From Piromyces finnis finn (lineage: Eukaryota > Fungi > Neocallimastigomycota): a stretch of 64,000 nucleotides of DNA. The notes beneath the pieces are model-generated. The model made no database searches. It had not been told where the DNA came from and saw nothing but the letters and a program-made list of their open reading frames with translations. Shown piece by piece: positions 40,268 through 54,555 of the stretch (position 1 is the stretch's first letter; each line of letters begins with the position of its first letter). The stretch covers positions 1,116,001-1,180,000 of the forward strand of contig MCFH01000009.1 in assembly GCA_002104945.1 (NCBI GenBank), given 5' to 3'. A program made the position numbers and the translations under genes.

Positions 40268-42602
40268 TTACATGTTTAAATCTTCATCATCAATTACTTG
40301 ACCACCTAATTCCATTTCATGTAAAGCCTTTCCAGCTGGAACCATTGGTAAAACATGTTCACTTTCATCAATAGTAACTTCAAATACAACTGGCTTATCT
40401 GTTTCAAGGAATTCCTTCATCATTCTTGGTAAGTCCTTCTTGTCAGTACAACGCATACCCTTTAAGTTCATAGCTTCAGCAACCTTAACAAAGTCTGGGT
40501 TAGTCATCTTAGTACCTGAATGACGGAAGTTATAAAATAAATCTTGCCATTGCTTAACCATACCTTGGTATGAGTTATTTAAAAGTAAAACCTTAACACC
40601 AATTTGGTAGGCACCAGCAGTGGCTAATTCCATCATAGTCATTGAAAGTGATGAATCACCATCAATATCAATAACAGTCTTTTCTGGCTTAGCAATCTTA
40701 GCACCAATACATGCTGGAAGACCGTAACCCATAGTACCTAAACCACCAGAAGAAACAATGGTACGTGGGTGTCTCCAACGGTAATATTGGGCAGCCCACA
40801 TTTGATGTTGACCAACACCAGTAGCAATAATAACATCTTCCTTCTTATCCTTTAATTGACGGTTAAGTTCTTCTATAACTTCTTGTGGCTTAAGTGGTTT
40901 ACCTTCTTCAGATGGTTTGTAAGTAAATGGGTACTTACTCTTCCAATTTAAGATAGTATTAACCCATTCAGTTCTCTTCTTATTCTTAATCATTGGTAAC
41001 ATAAGTTCAACATTTTCAGTAACATCACCAACAACAGCTTCAGTAGCCTTAACAACCTTATTGATATTCTTTGGCATAATTTCAAAGTGAATAATACCAC
41101 CTCTCTTTTCTAAAGCAGCTTCCTTAGCCTTTGGAGCAAATTTAGAAACTGTACCAGTAACACGATCATCAAATCTAACACCAAGAGCAATAACAACATC
41201 AGCCTTTTGAATAGCAAGATTGGCATATACACTACCATGCATACCAAGCATATGAAGAGCTAATGGTTTTTCTTCATCAAAAGCTCCAAGACCTTGAAGA
41301 GTAGTAGTAACTGGAATATTGGCCTTTTCAGATAATTCATTTAAAATTCTTGGACCATCTGGGTGGTTTAAGAGACCAGCACCAGCATAAATAACAGGTC
41401 TCTTAGCATTATTAATAAGTTTAGCAGCACGTTCAATACAATTGATAGTCTTTTGATTTGGAGCTGGTAAATCTAAATTTCTAATAGATGGAATATTAAC
41501 TTGCATACCATTAATTGGCTTCTTTAAAACACCAGCAGTAACATCCTTTGGTAAATCAAGTAAAACTGGACCTGGTCTTCCAGAGGTGGCAATGTGGAAA
41601 GCTTCATTAATTCTTCTTGGTAATTCACGAATATCTTTAACCATGCAGTTCCACTTAGTACAAGCTCTACTAATACCAACAACATCAGCTTCTTGGAAAG
41701 CATCGGTACCAATAGAAGCATTTGGTACTTGACCAGAGAAAACAACCATTGGAACACCATCAGAAAGTGCATCTTGTAATGGGGTAATAATATTGGTAGC
41801 ACCTGGACCTGAAGTAACAAGAGCTACACCAACGTTACCACTTTATATTTAATAAAATTATTATTCAAATAATTATTAATATTTTTAAAAATTAATTTTA
41901 AATTTCAAAAAAAGTATAAAGATTTCTAAAGTTTTACCTTGAACGAGCATAACCTTCAGCCATATGACCTGCACCTTGTTCATGTCTGGCTAAAACAAAT
42001 TCAAATTGATCGGTTTCGTAAATAGCATCCATAATTGGAAGAATGGCACCACCTGGGTAACCAAATACATGTTTAACGTTATGGCGCTTTAACATTTCAT
42101 GTAAAATTTCACCACCAGTCATTCCGATGAATGAATTTTCATATTCTTCTTCATCTCTTTCTTGTGGAGCAACAGCAGAAGCTGTGGTAAACTTTGAGTT
42201 TTGTTGGAAATTGTTAATTTTATTATTTATTGGCTTAGCTTCAATTGGTTTAAGATTGGTGTTTAAAAATCTTTTAAATTCATATTATTTATATATTTTA
42301 ATTAATACTTTGTTTTCCAAAAATTTTACTTAAATAAATACATATTTTATTTTTCTTCATTTTAATTCATTTTTATTAAATGAATTCTCTTTCTTTTTTT
42401 TAATCAACAATTTTAATTTTGTAAAACGCCATTTAAATGATTATTTTATAATATTAATAATAATAAAAACAATATAATATCTATACCTCTTAGCAGCCTT
42501 TACTCTGTTAATTCTTGGTAAGCTGCAAGTTGAATTTAAAGCAACACCAGTAATACTGGAAATTGGAGAAACAATAGATCTTTTAACAGTGTTAGATAAC
42601 AT
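40268..42602 (-). CDS. ILV2: Acetolactate synthase catalytic subunit with N-terminal presequence; two introns
   Basis: [80 protein letters not shown]-binding IDIDGDSS...[13 protein letters not shown] at 42602 (MLSNTVKRS). Higher GC and biased codons suggest high expression. Confidence 0.96.
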
Positions 42603-45600
42603 TTTTAATATATTGAATTTTACTATATAAAAACTAACGTAATTTAATTTTTAGTAATTTATTAAATATCTAATTCTATTTGTTTACTGAAAAAAAAAAA
42701 AAGAAAAAATACTAATAGGTAATACTTAGAAAAAAACGTTTATTTTTATTATAATAATTATAACTTTAAATATAATTTGTTAAAAAAATTGTTTTTCCCT
42801 TATATTCTACTTTATAAAAAGTGCAAAGAAAAAAAAAAATGAAAAAAATTTATATATATATATTTTTCAATTCAAGGATTTAATCAAAGATAATAAATTA
42901 ATATATTATATATTAACTTCAAATATATTATCGTATTCAAATATATTTTTAAATTATATGTGAATAAATTAAAATATAATATAATATTTTATTTATATTG
43001 AAAATCACAATTTTATCAAATATTATTCATATATATTATATATGGAAAATATATAAATATTATATATATAATAATATATTGAGTTGTAATAATTGGTATC
43101 CCCTATTTATTAAAATATATTTATAATATGAAATCAATTTAATAGTTTCCAATTGGAATATATATTTATATATTTTCAATATATTATATTAATTATATTA
43201 TACAATACAACACTATTTCTTATTTTTATATTCCATAATATATAAATTTAAATGTAACAATATTAACAATACGAAATATTAATATATGATCAATAAAAAT
43301 TGGTATATTATATTTATAAATAAATAAATAATGCAATATAATAAATTACAATACTATACAAAAAATAATAGATTTAATATATAATATTTTATATGCTGGT
43401 AACATTAATAGCTATTTATACTTATATATATGGATATTATTCAATATTCATTATACCTAATTTGTTACTTGTAAATTAATATTACTTCTTTAATAATTTC
43501 TCTTGTAATACTTGTATTACAACCGTAATTATAATTATGTATGCAAAAAGTCATAGATGGCATGTTTTTTTTATTATTATGGTCAATATTTTCTTAAACC
43601 TGGATGTAATTATTCATATATAGTTTAATACTATAATTGTTATGCTTATAATATAAAACTATAAACCTAAAACTAAAACTCAATTATTATAAGCATAACA
43701 ATTATAGTATTAGAGTTTTAGTTAAAATGAAAAAGTAATTGATTTAATAAAGAATTATAATGGATCTTAAAGAATAATTAATGGCTAATGTCACGTTCTA
43801 GCATATTTATATTAAAAAAATATTTAAATATTAAGATTATTTTATATCCTTTTTTTTTCCAAAAAAAAAAAAAAAAAGGTAGTTAATAAAAACTGTTTTA
43901 ATAAAGCTATTTTTAAAAAATAAAATGTTAATAATAATAAAGGTTTATTTATTACTTTTTAAAAATATATATACAAATAAAATACTTGATTGAATAAATT
44001 AAATATATAAGTAATTATATTAATGATATTCAAAATATAGTTTAGTAAAAACGTTATAAAAACTTTTCATTTTAGTATCTGTCAAACGTCAAATAATAAT
44101 AAACAATTTTAATAAATTTTATTTTCCATATTAAAAAAAGTAAAATTAAATTATATTGATATTATTAAAATTGTAAGTAAAAGAATTTTAAACATTTAAA
44201 AGTCTTTTATCCACCTAGTTTAAAATAATAATAGTTACAATTAATTATATATACTATACTATAAACAAAGACCATTTTCCTAAAATTGTTATTAATTCCG
44301 ACTTTTAAATTTTTTAAATTCTATTATTAATATATAATTTTATAATATATTAAAATTAAATATTTATATGTTATGCTAATTAATGGTTTGAATTTTTTTA
44401 TAACATGGGATGTATATAAAAATTAAAGATCATGAATGTTTTTTTTTCTCAGTCGTCATATTTTAATCATTAAACAATAAAATGGTAATGAGTATCAATG
44501 AATAATATAATTAATTAGATGAAATAATGTATTTTCCATTAAAATTATTATTTATAACATTTTTTGTTTTTATAAATATATTAGTAATTTTAATCCATAC
44601 AAAACATTCAGTAGATAGGATTATTAATAACAGAAAAAAATTACTCTAACATTTTTAATTATTTTTATTTTTACTGAAAATATGTTTAAAAAACATTAAT
44701 AGTAATTTAAAAAAAAGAAAATATAAATATTTACTTTTTTATAAAAATAAATCATAATAGATTGTAATATTATTAACTTATTAATATAACAATTAAAAAA
44801 AAAAACAACTTTTGTATTAACAAAATAAAATTAAAGATTATTTTATTTCCTCTTTATCTAAAAACAATATGACTGTGTAATTATAAAATACACTATTGCA
44901 TTACATCTTATAAATAATTATTTATTATAAAAAAAACATTATTTTCCCTTTCAAAATATGATATATAAAAACTAAAAAAATGTACATGTTATATTAGACA
45001 TTAAAAGAAATATTTACTTAAAACCTTTTTATATTTTTATGTTTTACTTGATTTATAAAAAAAAAAAATAATTTTTTAATTTATTATTATATTACAAAGT
45101 TGTTTTTTTTTTTTTTTAATTTATTAAATGAATACTCCATCATATTTAAAACTATAACTATATATATATGCTTTTATTTGAATAATTTTCATAAAGTATT
45201 TTATATATATAAAGTTTAATTTTTTATAAGAATACAAATTTTATATTATTATTATATTATTTATAATATATTATTTACTAACAAAATATAATATATTGTA
45301 TATAATAATAAATAAATTTATTATATTTCAACATTCTTTTTAAATAAAATTAATATTTTTGATTTGCCCAATCATAATTGATATTATAAATCAATATTAT
45401 ATCCAATAAATTTTAATGTATTTTTGGTATTCTAACTTTTTTGGTCGGAATAATTAAAAAAGAAATTATTCTAAATTCCTTAAATTACATTTTATATTTT
45501 ATTTTAATGTAATAATATTACGTAAATACATTATGTACATATGTTTAATAAGTTATGAAGTCTAAATTCTTTAGTAAAAAAAGATTATTATCCCTACAAA

Positions 45601-45782
45601 AAAAAGGATGGATTAATAAATTATATTAACATAATTGTTAATGTTCATTCCTTATTTTATTATTTTAGTTAAAAGTAATATACAATAAATTAATTCTCAC
45701 TTATTTTGAATTTTTATTTTTTGCTCTATATTATTTCTATTTCTATCTGATTTATTTATTTATTTATTAATTGTTATTTTTT

Positions 45783-47584
45783 TTAAATTGTGGATTCACT
45801 TGGTTCTTTTGGTTCTTTTGGTTCATCAGAAAATTTTAATGAATAGGCATGAATGGTTGATCTAACTTCTTCAGATCCTGGGTCTTTTATATTAAATTAA
45901 TAAATAGTTAGATTATTAATATATTATTATTTTAAAAGAATATTAATTTTTTTCATAATAAAATTGCTGCATTACCTTCTTCAAACATAACCTTCATTTT
46001 TGTATCAAACATCTTTTCAACTTTAAAATTAAATTGTTCTTGAGCAATATTAAAAAAGTTATAATCTTTTTCTGCTAACCATGGTCTATGACTAGTATAC
46101 ATTACTAATACAATACCATCAGGACTTAAACATTTTTCACAAGTTTGTAACATATGAATATGCTCAGAATGATTAAATAATAAATCAGCCATAATAATGA
46201 CATCAAATTTTTGATTATTGGTAATCTTCATAAGTTCGGTAGTATCAGCTCCCCATAAATATCCCTGATATTTATAAGCAATAATTATAAATATAAAATG
46301 ATATAATTAATAATATGGTATATATAATGATGTTAATGAAATTAAAACATACAACTGCGTTAAAAACTTTCTTTTCAACTAATTCTGGAATATTATTTAT
46401 AGCATTATTTTGAATGTTTTCAATTAATTCTTTATCAGGGTAATCTGTAGATACAGAAACTTCAGCACCATTGATTGCAGCAATAAAACTTGGTAATGAA
46501 GCAGCAGCACCCAATTCCAAAATTCTTATTATTATTAGTTAATTGTAATATTAATGTCTCCGGTCTTAATAATAATTAAAATTAATTATATAATATCTTT
46601 CATTTATAATAAAAAATAAGCCTTACCTCTTTCCTTTACAGATTTCTTTATGGGAATCAAGGTAATGAGTACAAACAACACCAGCATTCCATAAGCAATG
46701 AGCCCATAAACTTTTTTTATTAAATTAAAAATTAAAATATTACTTTATATGAGAAGAAAATATCACTTTAATCATAAAATTAATATTTATATTTAAGTAA
46801 TAAATACCTATGATGACCAATTAATTGAAAATTAATAGTTTTTATTGAACCTAATAATTTTTATATTATTTTGTTACTAATAATTCTTATAATTATAATA
46901 AAAATTCATTTAGCATAAAAATGTTCATATAAAAATTGAAATTTACCTTCTTGAATATTTTCTGGTTTTCTTTCAAAAACGTGTTTTGATGGTGGTGGTG
47001 GTTTTTGCCTGAAATCATCAGGTTCCTGTTTAATTTATTATAATAATAAAAATATTACTAATACGTTTATTATCATTATTATAATAAATAAATTAAGCAT
47101 ATATATGTTCATTATTTATTTATTTATTTATAATATTTCTAATATTATTTTTTTAAATGTATTTCATCCTTTATTAATAATATATATCTTTATAAAACAG
47201 AGATATAAATTTTTAGTTTAAATTGAATCCTACTTTAAATTTAATAAATTTTACATTTACAATTCTTATATCTATTCTACTTTCCAATTAAATTATTTCC
47301 TAAGTAAATTAAGTTGTATATATATAGTGAGATGTTAAAATACTAGTAAATTGTATATCTTGTATATCTTAAATAGTTATATATATATATATTTTGGTTT
47401 TTAATTTTATCTTTTACATTATTTGATATTTTCAAAATTCAATTTAAAATTTGAAATTTATTTATAATTTACAATTATTTTAATTTCTACTAAAAAATTG
47501 TTATTAATATCAATAAAGTTGAATTAACCATTATCATACAGTAAACATTGAAAATCCATTGTCAGAATCAGAATCAGAATCCAT
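45783..47584 (-). CDS. EFM7: Protein N-terminal/lysine methyltransferase Efm7/Nnt1 (METTL21/Methyltransf_16 family)
   Basis: [15 protein letters not shown]|[12 protein letters not shown]; [14 protein letters not shown]; [12 protein letters not shown]; [12 protein letters not shown]; YLWG; [13 protein letters not shown]; YTSHRPWL. The first exon is separated by an intron of about 0.5 kb. Confidence 0.88.
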
Positions 47585-48383
47585 GTTGGTCTCTTCTATA
47601 TTATTTATGATAATACGTTCACAAAAATAATTTTTAATTTTTTAATTTAAAAAAAATTAAAGTTTCTCTCGGTTTTGATTGGGTTAAAGTTCGATTTTTA
47701 ATTATTATTTTCCACTACAAGAAAAATATTCAAATCAACATTTTGTTGCAAGCTTAGATATAAAATAATAAATAAATATATAATAAATATATCTTATAAA
47801 TTTTATATTAAAAGCTTTTCTTACATAAAATATGAAATTCTGAAAATAACTAATACAATCTTATAAAATAATTTATTAATTACATTTTTAGTAATTAGCT
47901 TTATGTCTTTGATTTAACATAATCTATATCTATATTAAAATAGTATTATAAATAATATTAGCTATTTTCCTAAATGAAAGAAGTTAGATATTAATGATTA
48001 TTAGTATTTAACTTTATTATCTTCTTGATTTTAAAAAAATGTTAAAAACAAATGATTATTTTATCTATTAATATTAATATAACCTATTTTATATATTAAA
48101 TAATTAATAAAGTTCATAATTAGAATATATTAATTTTTTAAATAATTTTGTGGATAAATGCATTATTATTTGTTTTTGTAAAACAATAATTTTATATTTT
48201 ATTATAAATTGTTTCAATGTTAAGAATGTTAAGCACTTTTTTTTTTCTAAACTTTTTTATATTTTTATGATATAATAATTCTAATTTTTAATTTGAAATT
48301 CTATAAATTTATTTATATGTATTAATATTGTGTAATAAATAAATAAATATATATATAAGAGATCCTTTGTTACTATATATAAA

Positions 48384-49359
48384 ATGTTTAGAGTATATAT
48401 ATTTTTTATTTTACAATTAATAAATAACTACTAATAATAAAATAATTTGAAGTTTTAAGTAAAACATATAATTTAAATATCAAATTAAAAATAAAATATT
48501 TAAATTTATTAATTAAGAGTATAACTTTTTTTCAACATTTAAGGGCATAACAAAAACTTTGAATAAATTTCAAAAAAAAAATGACGAAATAACCAATTCA
48601 ATAACTGATTTAGAAATTTCATCATATTCAAATAATGTAAATTTTTATAAAGTGAAAAGTGAATTATTTTTATATTAAATAATTAAATTATTAATTTTAT
48701 CCAAAATTTTATGACAAATAAATATAATGCAGCCATTAAATAATTATTAATTTTATTCATATTATATTATGATATATAGGAAAATGACCTTAATACACAA
48801 GTATTTAATTCTACTAATAGTATTGCTTCAAATAGTATCAGAAATAGTCAAATAGAGTATGGAAACATAAATAAAAATCAAAATATAATATCGTCGCAAA
48901 CAAAAATAAAACAAGAAATTCCTATTCAGAATTCACAAATATCTGAAAGTCAAAATAGTAACTATCGAAGAACTAGACAAAATCCTTTAAATAATAAACA
49001 CTCTTCTTCTTCATATAAACGTTCAAATACTCAAACCTCTAAATGTAACTACTTTTAATTCTTGTATTTATTTCTTTTTATTAAGATTACCTAATAATTA
49101 TAAAATAGTAAATTTAATGGTATTATAAATTACTTATTTATAAAGATAATAAACCATTTAAAATACCTTCTATTGTTGAAAAGAAACCAAATGATATTTC
49201 AAATTCACAAATTAATACAGTTAATAATCAATTAAATAAAAGATGCTATGGAAATAGAATATCAAATTCCCAATTTGGTTTCAGGAGTAGCAATATTTTT
49301 TATAATAACGAATTTAACAAAGGAAATGAGGATAATAAAATAAGTAATAATTTAAAAAA

Positions 49360-49403
<44 letters not shown>

Positions 49404-51907
49404 TCTTTTTTTATATATATAAAATTATTTATTTTGATGTATTATTTATTTTTTCATATAATGAAGATTTTAATAAAAATAGTTTTATAGGGACAAGTTC
49501 AATATCTTCAAGCAACAAAAATAGTTCAAATAGTAGTGATTCATATAAGAAATTAAAAATCCCTGGTCCTGCTGGAAGACTACCTGTATTAGTATATATT
49601 TTAATTTTAAAATAATAATTTGTATTATTGTGGAAATAAAATAGAACATTAAATACTGATTTACATTAATAAAATTAAATATATACCCTAGACTCCAGAT
49701 GAAAGAAAAATACTATTTTACTCTCATCATATTAATGATATCATGAAAAAAAGAAATAATAATTATAGTATTGCAACCCAATTTAAAAAAAATGCTCAAT
49801 ATAATAGTTTTAAAAGAGCAAAAGAAAGAGTGGATTTAGCATTAAATAAAAATGAAGTTTTTGAAAGTGGTTCTTGGGTTTTGATGCTTAGAACTCTTGA
49901 CCTTAGTCAAACCAAAACTAAAATCATTGATATTGTTAAGTTACGATTTCCAATAGAAAAAATCAAAAGTATTGTCGTATTAATCAAACGTATCAAAGCA
50001 GGTGATTTGGATGTTTCTTTAATAGTACAAGATCCAACAGGTTAATATCTTATTAAAAGAAAACAAAAAATAATTAAATATACTAAATATAAATAAAATC
50101 ATCATTATCATTATTTATTAGGTGATATGCCTGCTATAATGACAAAAGAAGCGTATGAAAAATATTTTGGCATCATGAATCAAGGAACAACATTATTATT
50201 AACAAATGTAAAATAAAATATATTATCTATAAATTAGATTAGATAGAATTTTAATATAATATCATCGTCTATACTTATATATATTTATAATTAGGTGTCT
50301 GTTTTTGTTTTATATAAAAAGGGATCTTACTTAAATATCGGAATAAAAAATATATCGAAAATTTATACACTAGATAATATTACTAAAGCACCAATCGTAA
50401 AGAGTTTTTATATATATTTAAAATAATCATTTAATTATTTTAAATTTCATTAAAATAAAATTAAATGTTAAATATTAAATTTAAAATTGTAATTTTATAG
50501 GTTATTGATATTGATAAAGTTAATTTATCATCAAAAGATATAGAGAAGGATATTGAGCTAGCACAGAATATATTCAAAGGAAAAAATGTAATTGATTTTT
50601 CAGATGATGATGAAGATAGTGATAATGAAAATCATTTTCACGACAATAGGAAAGGAAAAAAAATTGAAAATACAAATGAAAAAAATAATATTGATAAACA
50701 ATTAGACAGATCAACAACATCAAAAACTATTGTAAAAAATTCCTTTTATGAAGATTCAGAAAAATCATTATTAATAAGCAATAATAACGAAGAAATAAAA
50801 ATACAAAGTACTCAAGTTAAAGGTTAATAAATAAATAAAAATATTGGTATTATTATTATTAGTGGTAGTAATAGTATTTTTTATTTTTTATTTAAAAATA
50901 AAACCAGTATATTTAATTACCATATTAAACAATCTAAAGTATATTTCTATATTGAATTTAACATATTTTTACTTTCATATATTTAATAATTACTAAATGA
51001 AAAAGTAAATGAAAATCAAGAAAATGTAAATATACCTAAACAAGATAAAAAAGTTCTGGAAGACATACATATAAATAATAACAATGTAAATACTAATAAT
51101 ATAAAAATAGAAAACAATGGTAATGAGCTAAATGAAATAAAAAATGAAACGAAAAACAGTAACAGTAATAATAATGAAAATGATTTTAATGATATTTCTG
51201 ACGATAATACAAATTTGGATGAGTCTGATGATAGTGATAATATTGATGATTTAATGAATGATATTAATTTTGAAAGATCACAAGAACTATATAGTTCATT
51301 TATGAATATAAGTAATAGGAAAAGGTCAAATTCTGATTCAGAAAAGCAAGATCTTGATAAATCAAATGTCAAAAAATTAGCTGATTCCATTACAAACAGT
51401 CATACAATTGAAATTAACAAATTTCAATGCAAGAAAACTAGATTTGAGAATATTACTAAAGAAAATATATCGGCAAGTGAATCCCTTAATAATATTAATG
51501 ATAAAAATAGTGATAATATATATTCTTCTGGTTCAGCTTATTCCAGTATGTTTCAAAGAACTGAATCATTAGAAATTGAATTGTCAACATCTAATGATAA
51601 TAATATATTCAAAAAAAGTAATACTTCTTCAAGACCAACGCAAACCACAACTGACATGCATTCACAACAAAATACACATATCAATAATATGGATGATAAT
51701 GCTAATGATAATGAAATTATTCAATTAAATTCACCTATTCCAGAAAAACAAAAATCATTTAATTATAAGAATAATAATAAAATCAATGAAGATATAAATA
51801 ATTCGTTATTTTTATTAAAAAAAACACCAAAGGAGAAATCTGTTTCTGATGAAGATGAAGTTGATGAACTTGATTTATTAATGGATGATCTTGAAAGTAT
51901 TTATTAA
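48384..51907 (+). CDS. HROB: HROB/MCM8IP (C17orf53, DUF4539)-like OB-fold protein; start codon tentative
   Basis: KIPGPAGRLP (human FPGPAGILP as recalled), SWVLMLRTL, KIKSIVVLIKRI...DVSLIVQDPTGDMPAIM...GTTLLLTNVSVF...YLNIGIKNISKIY, collinear with HROB KVPNMAVMIKSL...FKDPTGEM...GSVLLLKQIGVF...YLNV. Flanked by N/S/D-rich disordered exons. Confidence 0.8.
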
Positions 51908-52159
51908 ATAAAGTACACTAAAAATACTCTTAAATAAAAAAATATTAAAAATCATAAATTATTGAATCTATTTATATTGAGTTTATCAAATTATTAATCT
52001 GATATTTCATTCCAATGATATATAAGTTTTTAATAATTTTTTAATTGTTTTATTATCATATATTTTTATATTTTATTATTTAATATATTTTAAGATATTT
52101 AATTTAAAATTAATATTCTTATTGTTGTTATTTCTATTTTAAATTATTTTTACTAATAC

Positions 52160-53746
52160 TTATTCTTTATCTTCTATTGTTTTGAAATCGTATTTATTTT
52201 TATTTATTTTTCCATGAGCAAACATTGATGTATTATTATTATTTTTCATAAAGGAAAAAATAATCCAGATATTTGCAGCAAAGAATAAAAGTTCAGTATA
52301 CCAAATGTTAACATAATTATTTTGTCCTTGATGTTCTAATTTAAATGCACTTGAAAGATAGATAGCCTAATCATTGTTATATATAGAGAGATTTTTAATT
52401 TCATTAAATTATGAATGTTCTAATGTACTCTTTATAAAATTATTATAATGTTTATTTTACCTGTGTTACAACCCAAGCAATAATCAATAAAGCAGCTTGA
52501 ATTGGTTTTTTCATTAATTTTGATTGTGGAATTATTATTGGTAAGAAACAAAGATACCACATAAAGTACTATTTATATAAATGAGTATCATGTTATTTAC
52601 TTATTCATTTATTTATTTTTTTCATAAATTACTATTCAATATTTCTATACAAAGAAAAAAATAAAATAAAATATATAATAACCTGTGATGTGCAAACTTT
52701 TTGATAAGCAATAAAAACGTATGTCTGTAAGAAGCAACAGAATATGAGATCCTTGTAATAATATAAACCAATAAGAAATATTAATAGCATTTGAGGAATA
52801 AAGGTTAAAAGACCTAAAATCTTTGAAAATAATGATTCCGTTACAGACATTGAAAGATACATTTGATAAAAATATATGGAAAAGTTATGTCTGTGGTCTT
52901 TTCTAATTAAATGATAGAAGTAAGTTTCATTTAGGAATTCCATTCCATAACTAATATATTATTATTTTAAAAATAATAAAATAATATATATAAATACATT
53001 ATATAAATTAATAAATATTTATTGAAAAATAATTATTTAAAGAATTATATTTGATTATAAAATTTTAATATAATTGTATTTAATATATACATTTTATACA
53101 TAATTCCTGTTAATAAAAAGAATGTTGCGGCACTTAATACGAAGAATTTTATTCTAGATGAATTTATTAATTTTGTTTTTACACCATGATAATTGCTATC
53201 TAATATATAAAGAATTGGGAGAGAATAGAGAATTGGATAAATTTTAAAATGAACAGAAAATCCATATAAAATTGAACCAAGAGTTAATCTTTTTGTAGCA
53301 AAGCAATAAAGAGTTGCCATAACAAGCATATCTAATATACTTTCTGCACTTCCTCTAGTTGAAATGGTTATAACAAAAGGATTAAGTAACCATAATGAAG
53401 TAAGAGTAACTAACATTACCTTACTTTTTACTCTGAACATTTTTAAAAATTCATATATAAAAAATCCAACAATCAAATCACAAATGATGAATAATATTTT
53501 TCCAAATTCTGGAATTATAGTAATATTTGGTACTAAAATCCATGCTAATAATGGTGTATAACGATACGTCGCTCTTTCATATGGTGATTGTTTTTGATGA
53601 ACAAAACGTGAAGCATCTGTAAATACTGAATAATCTATGTCTGTAAATTTCACTAACATATGTTTATCTTGCCATAAACCATAAATAAGGAATCCTATTC
53701 TTAATAGGGTACCTAAAATTAATAATACTTTAAGTGTCTTATCCAT
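52160..53746 (-). CDS. GPI14: GPI alpha-1,4-mannosyltransferase I (PIG-M/Gpi14)
   Basis: KFTDIDYSVFTDA, PYERATYRYTPLLAW, LWLLNPFVITISTRGSAES, SVHFKIYPILY, YHLIRKDHRHNFSIYFY, YQKVCTSQYFMWYLCFLP, WVTQAIWLSY. Stop at 52160-52162. Confidence 0.95.
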
Positions 53747-54555
53747 GAATTTTATTTACTTTATTATAAAATTATGTTTTATTTAAAATTTTAATAATGG
53801 GATAATTGAAAATTTTTAAGATATATGTATTATTATTTTTCTTTTTCTTTTTTTTTTTTTTTTTTTTTTTTTTAATGTTATTATTGTTATTGTAGTGGTT
53901 TGCTTTAATTAGTATTTAATGTATTTATTATATATATTATTACTATAAGTAAATATACTTTATTATATAGAAAATATATTTTACATTAATTTATATTAAT
54001 TTTATTAATTTCTATTTCTTTAATAGATTTTTGTTATTTTTTTTTTTATTTATTTATTTATTATTTATTATTTATTACTATTATTTGTTGTTGTTGTTGT
54101 TGTTGTTGAAATTCGTTTTTTAATTCATTACTAGATTTAAATGTGCTAACAAAGTTTCAAAATTTTACTAATATTTAGTTTGAATTAAAATATTTATACC
54201 TAGAATTTCCATTAAAATTAATATGATTGATTTATACTAATATATAAAAAAATATTTATTTTATTTTATATATTTTATTGATTAAATTAATTAAAATTTA
54301 ATATAAATATTTCCAAAAAAAAAAAAAAAATAGAAAAATTATATAAAATAAAAACTTTGAAAGTTTACCTTTCATTCTTATTTTCCAACAATAAACATAT
54401 TGATATTATTAATTCTGTTATAATCTTAATATTATAAATTTAAATTGACTAAAGAATAATGTCATTTTAAATATAATTGTAAATTTTTGAAAATCTATTA
54501 TATAATGTTTTTTTAAGATAATTCTTTGTATAAATTAAGTAAAAATTAATATTTA

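Noticed and set aside
42127-42333. Plus-strand ORF overlapping ILV2
   Set aside because: Antisense to the ILV2 leader exon.
43050-43600. Stretch that translates to hydrophobic, membrane-protein-like fragments interrupted by stops
   Set aside because: At this AT content random DNA yields I/L/F/Y-rich peptides. No family motif was recognisable, so a pseudogene call is unsupported.
51016-51390. Minus-strand S/L/F-rich ORF
   Set aside because: Antisense of the N/D/E-rich final exon of the HROB-like gene.
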